Assembly: GCF_006345805.1 (NCBI RefSeq)
Contig: NC_043025.1
Span: forward strand, 13,888,001 to 13,952,000
Reading direction: 5' to 3'
DNA: 64,000 bases
Origin: Octopus sinensis
Taxonomy: Eukaryota
The notes under the pieces were generated by a model that made no database searches, had not been told where the DNA came from, and saw nothing but the letters and a program-made list of their open reading frames with translations. The translations under genes were made by a program, and so were the position numbers. Shown here piece by piece: positions 24,846-36,086 of the stretch. The number at the start of each line of letters is the position of its first letter. Within the stretch, counting starts at the first letter, position 1.

Positions 24846-25234
24846 GTAATAGTTTAGTTAAATTTTCCCGTAGAATGGGCTTAAGCATTGTTTTTGATGG
24901 TGATACGACGATGGCCAACTTTTGAGACATTACGCTTAACTTACACGATAACTCTTACTTCCCAACCTATAAACCATTGACCAATCTTAAGTACATTAGC
25001 AAATTCAGTAATCATTCTAGGGTAATCACTAGGAACTTAGTTAAGAATATTTCATTTAGATTACCAAAGTTATCTGCTAATGTTGACATTTTCAATAATA
25101 ACGCCGAATTTTATCACTCTGCCTTACTTAAAGCAGGTTATACAGAGAAAATTATCTACATTGATTCCATTCAGTCTTATTCTAACTTTACTAATGTAGG
25201 TATGAGATATAGTTGTAAAGGAATTAACGATATA

Positions 25235-25583
25235 GGCGCAGGAGTGGCTGTGTGGTAAGTAGCTTGCTAACCAACCACATGGTTCTGGGTTCAATCCCAC
25301 TGCTTGGCAACTTGGGCAAGTGTCTTCTGCTATAACCCCGGGCCAACCAATGCCTTGTGAGTGGATTTGGTGAACGGAAACTGAAAGAAGCCTTTCAGGT
25401 ATATGTGTATAAATATATATAGGCGCAGGAGTGGCTGTGTGCTAAGTAGCTTGCTAACCAACCACATTGTTCCGGGTTCAGTCCCACTGCGTGGCATCTT
25501 GGGCAAGTGTTTTCTGCTATAGCCCCGGGCCAACCAATGCCTTGTGAGTGGATTTGGTAGACGGAAACTGAAAGAAGCCTGTC

Positions 25584-25625
<42 letters not shown>

Positions 25626-25850
25626 ATGTGTGTGTGTGTTTGTGTGTCCGTGTTTGTCCCCCTAGCATTGCTTGACAACCGATGCTGATGTGTTTACGTC
25701 CCCGTAACTTAGCGTTTCGGCAAAAGAGACCGATAGAATAAGAACTGGGCTTACAACGAATAAGTCCCGGGGTCGATTTGCTCGACTAAAAAAGGCGGTG
25801 CTCCAGCATGGCCGCAGTCAAATGACTGAAACAAGTAAAAGAGAGAGTAA
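25235..25850 (+). mobile_element. Two tandem SINE family A copies inside the PLE
   Basis: Heads at 25235 and 25422. Confidence 0.85.
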
Positions 25851-26269
25851 AGATTATATCAATTTTAATTTACACACTAAAACTAAACGAAGGAAGGGAG
25901 ATAACCCCTATTTAATCTCCTATTACCATTCTAAAGGTAAATTTAAGTCTTTCAAAAATAATTACACTAAAAATAAAATAACTATTAGTAAAACCATTTG
26001 GCTAATTATTCCATACGGGAGAAAATTAAATCTAATCTCCCATTGCAGTTTCGTGAAGCTATTATTAGGAATTTTCCAAAGAATTCTAGGTGTTACTCTG
26101 TTATCAACTCACATATGGTTAGCATTGGTTTTTCCAACACTAAAGATCTCTTAAAAATTATCTCTTCACATAATAACAACCTCTTAAATATTAATACATT
26201 TACTAATACTAACATTAATTTAGCTAATAACATTCATCCCTCTAGAAATATTAATAACAAGGTTATAAA

Positions 26270-26575
26270 AAGCACCATCCGAACGTGGCCGTTGCCAGCG
26301 CCGCCTTGGCTGGCTTCCGTGCCGGTGGCACGTTAAAAGCTCCAACCGATTGTGGCCGATGCCGGACCCCCCCCCCTGGTACCTGTGCAGGTGGCACGTA
26401 AAAAGCACCCACTACACTCGCGGAGTGGTTGGCGTTAGGAAGGGCATCCAGCTGTAGAAACTCTGCCAGATCAGACTGGAGCCTGGTGCAGCACCTGGCT
26501 TCCCAGACCCCGGTCGAGACGTCCAACCTGTGCTAGCGCGGAAAACGGACGTTAAACGATGATAATGATGATGAT
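26270..26575 (+). mobile_element. RTE 3'UTR (family C) inside the PLE
   Basis: Family C body with a gttaaacgatgataatgatgat tail. Confidence 0.8.
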
Positions 26576-27013
26576 GAAGGTTATTGTATCTGAAGTCAAT
26601 TCCAACAGAATCAAGTTTATGTCAAGTAACTCTAAAATTGAAAATTCTATATACCAGTGTAAAAATTACTACTCATAATCAAGTATTTTTTTTATAGTGG
26701 AAGCACGTCTTTACAATTATCTAAAAGGATTTTTTAATAATTACTGATATCTTTATATATTAATATATTTTTATGTGTAAAGCATAATATGTTATACATG
26801 TACGTATATTCTTGTAAATTGTCATTCTATTAAATAAATAAGTTGACATAATATAATGTCTAAAAGTTGATGAACCACCTATTGATCCCCTCCATTTTCT
26901 TATTGCTCTATATGTGTGTATGTGTATATATCTATATATATCTATATATATATATATATATAATATATATAATATATATATATTATATTATATTGGGTAA
27001 TGTTGTAGCTTAC

Positions 27014-27089
27014 CAGGGTCTGTGAGAAGTTCCAACATTTGTAGCAGATGGTTCTGGACGAAACCCAAATGACTGTGTTCATCCATTGC
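27014..27089 (-). CDS. TBCCD1: TBCCD1 coding exon 7 (AMDEHSHLGFVQNHLLQMLELLTDP)
   Basis: ttcag| acceptor and g|gtaagc donor, 76 nt; matches human SHQAFVYDHLSDLLELLLDP. Confidence 0.95.
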
Positions 27090-27211
27090 CTGAAACAACA
27101 ACAACAACAACAGATGTAATATTGTTGAAGAAACAACAGGGAAGTATCAAGATAAACAACAACATTAGCAGAGGGAGGCAAGGACGGAGGGAGGATAGCT
27201 CTGTGTGTGGT

Positions 27212-27243
<32 letters not shown>

Positions 27244-27344
27244 AATATATATATAAAGTTAATCCAAACAAAAAAACACAAAAAAACACAACGCGGGGAC
27301 GTGGAACACATAAAGTATTATTGGACGCTCAGGAAAGAAGGAGG

Positions 27345-27379
27345 GTTTAACGTTTCGAGCGGAGCTCTTCGTCGGAAAC
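27345..27379 (-). ncRNA. Minimal type I hammerhead-ribozyme-like motif (U4C core variant)
   Basis: Minus strand: GTTT-CCGACGA-A-GAGC(TCC)GCTC-GAAAC-GTT-AAAC. Stem I GTTT/AAAC, stem II 4 bp, palindromic AACGTT stem III. Confidence 0.55.
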
Positions 27380-27889
27380 AAAGGAGAAGGAAAGATCCAG
27401 AGAAGGGAAGACAGAGGGAAAAAAATCGCCAACGGTTATATATATAATATATATATATAAATATATATATATAGATATATATATAATATATTGTACAGAC
27501 TGACAGACAGACAGGCAGGCAGGCAGACAGGCAAAGTCAACCTCGTCGGAATTAGAACTCAGAACGTAACGGCAGACGAAATACCGCTGAGCATTTCATT
27601 CACCATGCTAACGTTTCTGCCAGCTCGCCGCCTTCTTGGTGACATCTGTCTGCCACACACTGTGATCAACAACTACCTTCACCGACATCGTCATCTTCTA
27701 CTAACAACCAAAGAGTCAACCCAACACGGGAACTTTTGTTGAAGGAATAACCAACGGACAACGTTAAGGTGGTGGTTTCAACAAACCACCACAAAGGTAA
27801 CCTCAGAACCTTATATTCATACAGCAACCTTTCCTGGCTAAAGATCTCTTTTTTTTCTGCTCATTGGTTAGATGGGTGGGTGGATAGTA

Positions 27890-28290
27890 ACACAGACCAA
27901 CAGACAGATAGATAGACCAACAGGTAGATAGATGATAGATAATGTCAGGCAGGCAGGTAGGAAGACCAACAGATAGACAGACCGACAGATAGATAGATAG
28001 ATAGACAAACAGACAGATAGACACACAGACAAGAGATAGACAGACCAACAGGTAGATAGATGATAGATAATGTCAGGCAGGCAGGTAGGAAGACCAACAG
28101 ATAGACAGACCGACAGATAGATAGATAGATAGACAAACAGACAGATAGACACACAGACAAGAGATAGACAGACCAACAGGTAGATAGATGATAGATAATG
28201 TCAGGCAGGCAGGTAGGAAGACCAAGAGATAGACAGACCGACAGGTAGATAGATAGACAAACAGACAGACAGATGAATAGATAATGTCAC
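27890..28290. repeat. GATA/GACA compound repeat with a 128-bp period (3 copies)
   Basis: caggtagatagatgatagataatgtcaggc at 27921, 28049 and 28177. Confidence 0.9.
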
Positions 28291-28294
28291 TGAC

Positions 28295-28352
28295 CTTCAA
28301 ACGCCTGTTGAGTTTACTGTCCGAATCGTGATGGTTGGAACACATTGGCCAT
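28295..28352 (-). CDS. TBCCD1: TBCCD1 coding exon 6 (WPMCSNHHDSDSKLNRRLK)
   Basis: cttag| acceptor and aag|gtcagt donor, 58 nt; restores the G-W-P motif (human EEWPSP). Confidence 0.88.
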
Positions 28353-29019
28353 CTAAGTGATTGTTAAGAAGCAAATTATCACCATCGTAAACATAACCAT
28401 TACCATTTAATGGTCACCTCCCCAGGCCTGCATGGGTCGGACAAAATTTATTGAGGCAGATTTTCTGTGGCCAGAAAATGTTCTTCCTGTTGCCAACCCT
28501 CACCTGTTCCTAAACAAGGTAAATATTTCCCCGTGGCCCAGATGTGTTTTTCTTCCACAGAAGACTGCAAATGAAGGACACCGCTTGTAGGTTGGGGATG
28601 CTTGTTTACAATCATCACATGATGTCAAGGCAAAGGTAATACACACATACATTCAGACAATACACACACACATACATAGACAAACAGCCTACTCATGAAA
28701 TTAACACGCAAGTGGTTGAGTACTCCACAGACATGCACACTCTTAACGTAGTTCTCAGGGAGATTCAGCCATGACACAGCATGTGACAAGGCTGGCCCCT
28801 TTCGAATTACAGGTACAACTCATTTTTTCCAGCAGCCCAGACTGGAGCAATGGGAAATAAAGTGCCTTGCTCAGTGGCACAATGTGCCGCCTGGTATTGA
28901 CCAATGGGTCACACGCCTTCGTATTTGAGGGCCCAACAACGACAACAACAACAACAAAGATAATAATAACATGAGGAAAATAAATGTTGACAAACAAAAC
29001 AAGCAGAGTAAAAGGATAC

Positions 29020-29128
29020 CCATCGCCAGCAACCAGTGAAGCCTTGAGCGAGACTTTCGTAAACTGTTGTATATAGAGGAACAAGACGAATTTGTAGGTG
29101 TCGATGTTGAGCTGTTTCTTGAGACCCT
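29020..29128 (-). CDS. TBCCD1: TBCCD1 coding exon 5 (GLKKQLNIDTYKFVLFLYIQQFTKVSLKASLVAGD)
   Basis: ttcag| acceptor and gg|gtatcc donor, 109 nt; LFLYIQQ..KVSL conserved. Confidence 0.95.
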
Positions 29129-29171
29129 CTGAAATAAAGAAAGATAGAGAGATATACGTTGTATATAATAT

Positions 29172-29227
<56 letters not shown>

Positions 29228-29282
29228 AGAGAAGAGAGAGACAGACAGACAGACAGAGATACAAACAGACAGAGAGAAGTGT

Positions 29283-29491
29283 ATATTTATATATACCAAT
29301 TAAGGACTGAACACGAAAAGTGGACAGTCACATGCTAGATATAGACGTCAAATCGCCATTCTCCACAAAAGATTATGTTCTCAAATTAATTTGAGACATA
29401 ATCTTTTTGTGGAGAATGGCGATTTGACGTCTATATCTAGCATGTTGACTGTCCCTTTCGTGTTCAGTCCTTAATTGGTATATATAAATAT
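29283..29491. repeat. ~209-bp near-perfect palindrome (foldback) in TBCCD1 intron 4
   Basis: Arms atatttatatataccaattaagg...ctcaaatt / aatttgag...ccttaattggtatatataaatat, with only a few mismatches or indels and essentially no loop. Confidence 0.95.
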
Positions 29492-29561
29492 TTTAATCAT
29501 CGGATTTTTTTAATATGCTAGACCACTGGTTTTAATTGATAAATATCAATTTCTACCCTTA

Positions 29562-29614
<53 letters not shown>

Positions 29615-29799
29615 GTATGTATGTGTGCATATAATTAGAGAAAAACCTCTCTTAAGCCATTCAATAGTGAAAGACGTTATTTACACCACATAGAAAAAGT
29701 TAAATACACATTAAAAACATTATTCTAAAAATCAATAAAGTACATAAACGATAAATAGTAAACTAAGGAAACTAAGATAAACTACCAATATCTCATACA

Positions 29800-30320
29800 T
29801 GAAACACAAGCATGTTTGATGGAAATGTTTGATGAAAATGTTTCGTGGAAATGTTTGATGGAAATGTGTGAGGAAAATGTTTGATGGAAATGTGTGAGGA
29901 AAATGTTTGATGGAAATGTGTGAGGAAAATGTTTGATGGAAATGTGTGAGGAAAATGTTTGATGGAAATGTGTGAGGAAAATGTTTGATGAAAATGTGTG
30001 AGGAAAATGTTTGATGGAAATGTGAGGAAAATGTTTGATGGAAATGTGTGAGGAAAATGTTTGATGGAAATGTGTGAGGAAAATGTTTGATGGAAATGTG
30101 TGAGGAAAATGTTTGATGAAAATGTTTCGTGGAAATGTGTGAGGAAAATGTTTGATGGAAATGTGTGAGGAAAATGTTTGATGAAAATGTGTGAGGAAAA
30201 TGTTTGATGGAAATGTGTGAGGAAAATGTTTGATGAAAATGTTTCGTGGAAATGTGTGAGGAAAATGTTTGATGGAAATGTGTGAGGAAAATGTTTGATG
30301 AAAATGTTTGATATGTTTGA
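29800..30320. repeat. 26-bp minisatellite (ggaaatgtgtgaggaaaatgtttgat)n
   Basis: About 19 tandem units; the 321-aa ORF is a translation artefact. Confidence 0.95.
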
Positions 30321-30350
30321 TAAAAAACAAAATTCTTTTAAAATTGAAAC

Positions 30351-30451
30351 CTCTCTCTTGACTCGTCAGACATCTTGCGTATCGCTGGTTCCACTCGACA
30401 CGATCTGCAGGGTTAATGTTTTCCGATAATATGTGACAGGTGGAGAAATAT
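30351..30451 (-). CDS. TBCCD1: TBCCD1 coding exon 4 (YFSTCHILSENINPADRVEWNQRYARCLTSQER)
   Basis: accag| acceptor and g|gtttca donor, 101 nt. Confidence 0.9.
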
Positions 30452-30591
30452 CTGGTGGGGAAGAAAGAAAAAATATGAAGAGAAATGTTATGAGGGGAGG
30501 ACAAGGGAGGGAAGGGGGATGAGGGAGAGAAGGAGGACGAGAGAGGGAGTAGGAGTAATGAAGAATAGCAAGTAAAAATGCCAACACTCAC

Positions 30592-30654
30592 AGCCATGCC
30601 AAGTCTTCTGGGAGATGGATCTTGTTGCAGGCAATGTGCTTCCAGACCGTGTAA
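30592..30654 (-). CDS. TBCCD1: TBCCD1 coding exon 3 (YTVWKHIACNKIHLPEDLAW)
   Basis: tccag| acceptor and ct|gtgagt donor, 63 nt; matches human WSTWRHIACGKLQLAKDLAWL. Confidence 0.96.
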
Positions 30655-30929
30655 CTGGAGAATGGAGAAAAAAAAGAGAAAGAGAGACGATGGTGATGAT
30701 GATGATGATGACAAAGTAACCAGGAGACAACTGTGATGGTCACACATGTGTCTGTCTGTCTGTCTGTGATATGTAGTTCTCCTATAATCACTCAGTTGTC
30801 ATCGTTAGTCGAGTTCTTGTCCCTCCCCCACATCACTTGAGAATTGGTGTTGGTTTGTTCGCATCTGTGTAACTTAGCAGTTCAGAAATAAGAAACTGAT
30901 GGAATAAGTACCAGAGATGTGAAATTATA

Positions 30930-31150
30930 TATATTTCTTTACTACCCACAAGGGGCTAAACATAGAGGGGACAAACAAGGACAGACAAACGGATTAAGTC
31001 GATTACATCAACCCCAGTGCGTAACTGGTACTTAATTTATCGTCCCCGAAAGGATGAAAGGCAAAGTCGACCTCGGCGGAATTTGAACTCAGAATGTAAC
31101 AACAGACGAAATACTGTTAAGCATGTAGTCTGGCGTGCTAACGTTTTTGG
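30930..31150 (-). mobile_element. SINE family B
   Basis: Reverse-complement family B body. Confidence 0.85.
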
Positions 31151-31696
31151 GGATGTGAAATTATATACTCAGGTTGATATTTGTTCAACTACAGGGCAAT
31201 GAGCTGGGCAGCTTAGTTCAAATTCTGGGAGGTCAACTTCGCCTTTTATCCTTTCAATGGGGTAGGGGGTCAATAAGTACCAGTTACAGCTGTAGAAATG
31301 AATTGCGACATCACTGGTGCCAAGCTGTATCGGCCCCTTTGCCTTTCCCTTGGATAACATCAGTGGTGTGAAGAGAGGAGGCACGTATGGATGGGCGACT
31401 GCTGGTCTTCCATAAATAACCTTGCCCGGACTTGTGCCTCGGAGGGGAACTTTCTAGGTGCAATCCCATGGTCATTCATGACCGAAGGGGGTCCCTGATT
31501 ATTATTAGGGCAGCGAGCTGACAGAATCATTAGCACACCAGACTCGTCCCCTGAAAAATGCTAGCCTTGTGCCAAAATATGAGACCGATATTTGTTCAAC
31601 TAAAAAACCATTCAAAGTGGTGCCCCAGCATGGGCGTAATCAAATGACTGAAATAAGTGACAGAGAAAAGATAGGAACCAAAACCTGTTGACTCAC

Positions 31697-31758
31697 CTGA
31701 TTCTTGGGAAGCCCAGATCTCCTTTGTTCTTGGCATAGGCTAAACTCTTCTTAATACA
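31697..31758 (-). CDS. TBCCD1: TBCCD1 coding exon 2 (CIKKSLAYAKNKGDLGFPRI)
   Basis: aacag| acceptor and ag|gtgagt donor, 62 nt. Confidence 0.9.
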
Positions 31759-31925
31759 CTGTTCAGGGAATAAAGAAGAACATTTTATTAGATTAGGGGT
31801 CAACGTTACAGTTGTAGGTATGTGTATATAAATATGGAGGGAGGGTCCTAATGCAGTTTCGCATCTCTCCTTGAAAAATGCATTTTTTAAGAAAAATTTT
31901 TGTGGACTTCTACGTTTTAGATGGT

Positions 31926-32215
31926 GGAGGCACATGGCCCGGTGGTTAGAGCAGCAGACATGCGATCAAGGGATCGTGGGTTCGAATCTCAGACCAGGTG
32001 ACGGGTGTGTTTATGAGCGAAACACCTAAGCTCCACGCGGCTCCGGCAGAAAGTAATGGCGACTTCTGCTGACTCTTTCACCCCAACTTTCTCTCACTCT
32101 TTCCTCCTGCATCTTGCAGCTCACCTGCGATGGACCGGCGTCTCGTCCAGGTGGGGAACCTTTACGCCAAGGAAACCGGGAAACCGGCCCTTATGAGCCA
32201 GGCTCGAGAAGAAAC
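31926..32215 (+). mobile_element. tRNA-SINE, family D-related head with a different 3' tail
   Basis: ggaggcacatggcccggtggttagagcagc...ggttcgaatctc head; near-identical to 56025-56330. Confidence 0.8.
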
Positions 32216-32819
32216 AAACAACAGCAACAAACGTTTTAGATGACGGACATTACAAACATGCAAAACAATTATGTTTTTTAATCCCCCAGGAACTTTTCAA
32301 TACTCCACTCATATTTTTTTTCTTTTTTACTTGTTTCAGTCATTAGACTGCGGCCATGCTGGAGCACCGCCTTTAGTCGAGCAAATCGACCCTGGGACTT
32401 ATTCTTTGGAAGCCCAGTACTTATTCTATCGGTCTCTTTTTGCCGAACCGCTAAGTGACGGGGACGTAAACACACCAGCATCGGTTGTCAAGCAATGCTA
32501 GGGGGACAGACACACACAGGCATATATATATATATATATATAAAACATTATTGGTGAATTGAAGAAATGGAGCTGAACGCAGATTGAACAGAATCGTTTT
32601 ATTTCATTCTACACGTGTTTCGAAAGCACAAATTACCAAAATCCGATTGAATAATGGGACCATATTGTGTCTTTCTCTTCAGGAAGAAAAAAGGAAATCC
32701 GTTGGAAAAACAAAAACAGAACAGAGCGGAGCAAAAAACAAATCGAACTGTGCTCCTAAGAGCCCATGGCGAAACTTTTGATTAATCTACTACAAGATTA
32801 TTCATCTTTCTATTTCACA

Positions 32820-32856
<37 letters not shown>

Positions 32857-33043
32857 ATAATAATATTAGGGAATAAATCCAAATTTACAGGGAAAATCAG
32901 ATTTAGGATTGAATCCAATTTTATAGTAAAATATATTTTATTTAATTTATATTAAAATTTTTTTATGTATTGGATTAAGTCTTTCTTTGTTTGATTTGCA
33001 AAATAGTGGTTTTGTCTCTAATTAATATTATATATATATATAT

Positions 33044-33207
33044 ACGACAGGCTTCTTTCAGTTTCCGTCTACCAAATCCACTCAGAAGGCTTTGGTCGGC
33101 CCGGGGCTATAGTAGAAGACACTTGCCCAAGATGCCACGCAGTGGGACTGAACCTGGAACCATGTGGTTGGTAAGCAAGCTACTTACCACACAGCCACGC
33201 CTGCGCC
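33044..33207 (-). mobile_element. SINE family A 5' half
   Basis: Reverse complement of the family A head. Confidence 0.85.
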
Positions 33208-33316
33208 TGTGGAATACAGTAGGGGTGTGATTATGTACATGTGGATGCTTGTTCATGTAAATCTGTGTGTGTGTGAATGTATCCATGTGAACGTAGTCTA
33301 ACAGTCATATACTCAC

Positions 33317-33448
33317 ATTCGTTGAGAGGCGTGTGGGTGGAGGGATGGACAAGGTGCCATAGTTGAAAGGTTCGGCCCTCACCCAAATGTAAAACGGTGG
33401 CACAGACGTCTGGGTGGACGATGACGACCCGGTCACCTTGGTAGCCAT
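33317..33448 (-). CDS. TBCCD1: TBCCD1 coding exon 1 (MATKVTGSSSSTQTSVPPFYIWVRAEPFNYGTLSIPPPTRLSTN); the exon extends to an acceptor at 33515
   Basis: WVRAEPF..G.L..PPP matches human LWVKAEPFIVGALQVPPP; aat|gtgagt donor, phase 0; ttgcag| acceptor at 33516/33515. Confidence 0.92.
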
Positions 33449-33920
33449 AACTGCCTAGCTGCAACCCAGTGAGTGAGAAGACATCAGCTGGTATACATAA
33501 CTTCCTCCTGGGGTGCTGCAAACAGAAACAAAGAAATAACAGTTAAAATATTCAACAAGGGTCCCAAAAAGGAAGGGTTTAGAGCTGTGGAACCCAAAAT
33601 CACCACCATCATCATCATCAGCCTTTAACACCCATTTTCCATGCTAGCATGAGTTGGACAGTTTGACCAGAGCTGGCAAGCTGGGGGCTGCATCAGGGTC
33701 CAGTCTGATTTAGCTTGGTTTCTATGGCTGGACGCCCTTCTTAGCACCCACTACACTCACGGAGTGGTTGGCGTTAGGAAGGGCATCCAGCTGTAGAAAC
33801 TCTGCCAGATCAAGACTGGAGCCTGGTGCAGCCATCTGGTTAACCAGTCCTTAGTCAAATCGTCCAACCCATGCCAGCATGGAAAGCGGACGTTAAACGA
33901 TGATGATGATATATATATAA

Positions 33921-34094
33921 GCGCAGGAGTGGCTGTGTGGTAAGTAGCTTGCTAACCAACCACATGGTTCCGGGTTCAGTCCCACTGCGTGGCACCTTGG
34001 GCAAGTGTCTTCTACTATAGCCCCGGGCCGACCAATGCCTTGTGAGTGGATTTGGTAGACGGAAAATGAAAGAAGCCTGTCGTATATATGTATA

Positions 34095-34149
<55 letters not shown>

Positions 34150-34365
34150 GGTGTTTGTGTGTCTGTGTTTGTTCCCCTAGCATTGCTTGACAACAGATGC
34201 TGGTGTGTTTACGTCCCCGTCACTTAGCGGTTCGGCAAAAAGAGACCAATAGAATAAGTACTGGGCTTACAAAAAGAATAAGTCCCGGGGTCGAGTTGTT
34301 CGACTAAAGGCGGTGCTCCAGCATGGCCACAGTCAAATGACTGAAACAAGTAAAAGAGTAAGAGT
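33921..34365 (+). mobile_element. SINE family A, full length
   Basis: Complete family A copy. Confidence 0.88.
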
Positions 34366-34984
34366 ATAGGTGAATGTCACGGATGGGTCACCCACGTAAG
34401 TTGGAATTTCCTTGTTTTGATAGGGGTTTTTCAGATACTTTTTCACGGTGCCCTTGGAAATGCTGGGGAGTATCTTTTTAGCCAAAAAAAAAAAACATTT
34501 TCAGAAAATTATTTATTTCTCATCCCCTCCTCTCCAGACCGATTTTTGGTCGATTTCGTGGGCACTGCACACTTGGAAACGAGGGGAAAACCCTTTCGTT
34601 GAAAAAGAGAAAATAAAATAAAAGAAAAAATATTTTCAGCCCTATATTAAAGAATTTCTTTTTATTTGTTAAATCGTAGAACACAACGAGAGACGAAAAC
34701 ATAAAATCAAACAAGGAAACGGACCTTTTTTTAAACAACGAAAAAACAGAGTACAGGACAAACAATACAAGGAAAATTCCCCTTCATCAGCTGCCCCTGG
34801 TTCGACTCAATGCGTGTTTCGAAGGTATATATACGCACATACTCATATTGGTATGTATGAGTGTGTAAATTTGAACCGAAAGACTATGTATCATGCAACA
34901 AGGGCTATACATACGTATGTATGTGCGTGTGCGTTTGTACCCACCACCGCTGGTTTGTTTACGTTCCTGTAACATAGCGGTTTA

Positions 34985-35198
34985 GGGTACTACTTAAGAA
35001 GAGTGTTCCCGGTGCGCGCACTCGCTTACTCGCGCATCCCCGCACTAGCTAGTCGTGACTAGTCGATCCTACAACGACTACCTAGCAAAGTAAATAAAAC
35101 AAAAACATAAAGTAAGGATCGACTTGTCACGACTAGCTAGCGCGGATGCGCGACTAGGCGAGTGCGCGCACCGGGACCACTGCTCTTGAGTAGTACCC
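34985..35198. mobile_element. MITE with ~100-bp imperfect TIRs (GGGTACTAC...GTAGTACCC), TA-flanked
   Basis: TA|GGGTACTACTTAAGA...gtcgatcct / aggatcgac...TCTTGAGTAGTACCC|TA; interrupts a SINE A remnant. Confidence 0.8.
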
Positions 35199-35364
35199 CT
35201 ATTGAGTCAGTGCCAGGCTTTTAAAAAAACAAATATTAGGGGTCGATATTTCTTCGGTTAAACACTTCAAGGCGGTGCCCCAGCATGGCCGCAGTCAAAT
35301 GACTGAAACACGTAAAAGATATACCTAAGGAGATATATAACCTCCTCGCGTGTATATATACTCT

Positions 35365-35566
35365 TTTACTTGTTTCAGTCATTTGACTGCGGCCATGCTG
35401 GAGCACCGCCTTTAGTCAAGCAAAATCGACCCCGGAACTTATTCTTTGTAAGCCCAGTACTTATTCTATCGGTCTCTTTTGCTGAACCGCTAAGTTACGG
35501 GGACATAAACACACCAGCATCAGTTGTCAAGCAATGCTAGGGGGACAAACACAGACACACAAACAT

Positions 35567-35632
<66 letters not shown>

Positions 35633-36025
35633 GACGGGCTTCTTTCAGTTTCCGTCTACCAAATCCACTCACAAGGCTTTTGACTGCGGCCATGCTGGAG
35701 CACTGCCTTTAGTTGAGCAAATCGACCCCGGGACTTATTCTTTGTAAGCTTAGTACTTATTCTATCGGTCTCTTTTGCCGAACCGCTAAGTTATGGAGAC
35801 GTAAACACACCAGCATCTGTTGTCAAGCGATGTTGGGACGACAAACACAGACACACACATATATATATACATATATACGACGGGCTTCTTTCAGTTTCCG
35901 TCTACCAAATCCACTCACAAGGCATTGGTCGGCCCGGGGCTATAGCAGAAGACACTTGCCCAAGATGCCACGCAGTGGGACTGAACCCGGAACCATGTGG
36001 TTGGTAAGCAAGCTACTTACCGTAT
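35365..36025 (-). mobile_element. Tandem SINE family A copies
   Basis: Reverse-complement family A bodies. Confidence 0.8.
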
Positions 36026-36086
36026 ATAATATATATATATACATACATATATATACTTATATATAACAAGAGAACGGGGTACTTAC

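Larger units (their letters stand above)
24862..26760 (+). mobile_element. Degenerate Penelope-like element (RT C-terminal/thumb to GIY-YIG), split by SINE/LINE insertions
   Basis: NF.DITLNLHDNSY..YKP...YISKFSNH...SFRL.KLSAN.DIFNN.A.FY..AL.KAGY (24862-25200); KTIWLIIPY...IRNFPK...KIISSHN (25900-26200); IYQCK...QVFFYSGST...KR (26575-26760). These fit PLE ORF motifs as I recall them. Confidence 0.7.

Noticed and set aside
33231-33521. 96-aa ORF in the track covering the first TBCCD1 exon
   Set aside because: Wrong frame; the TBCCD1-homologous frame starts at ATG 33448 and gives a phase-compatible junction.
34770-34830. CTGATGA and GAAAC...GTC on the minus strand, hammerhead-like
   Set aside because: The motifs are in permuted order, stem I cannot form and stem II pairing is poor; at most a decayed remnant.
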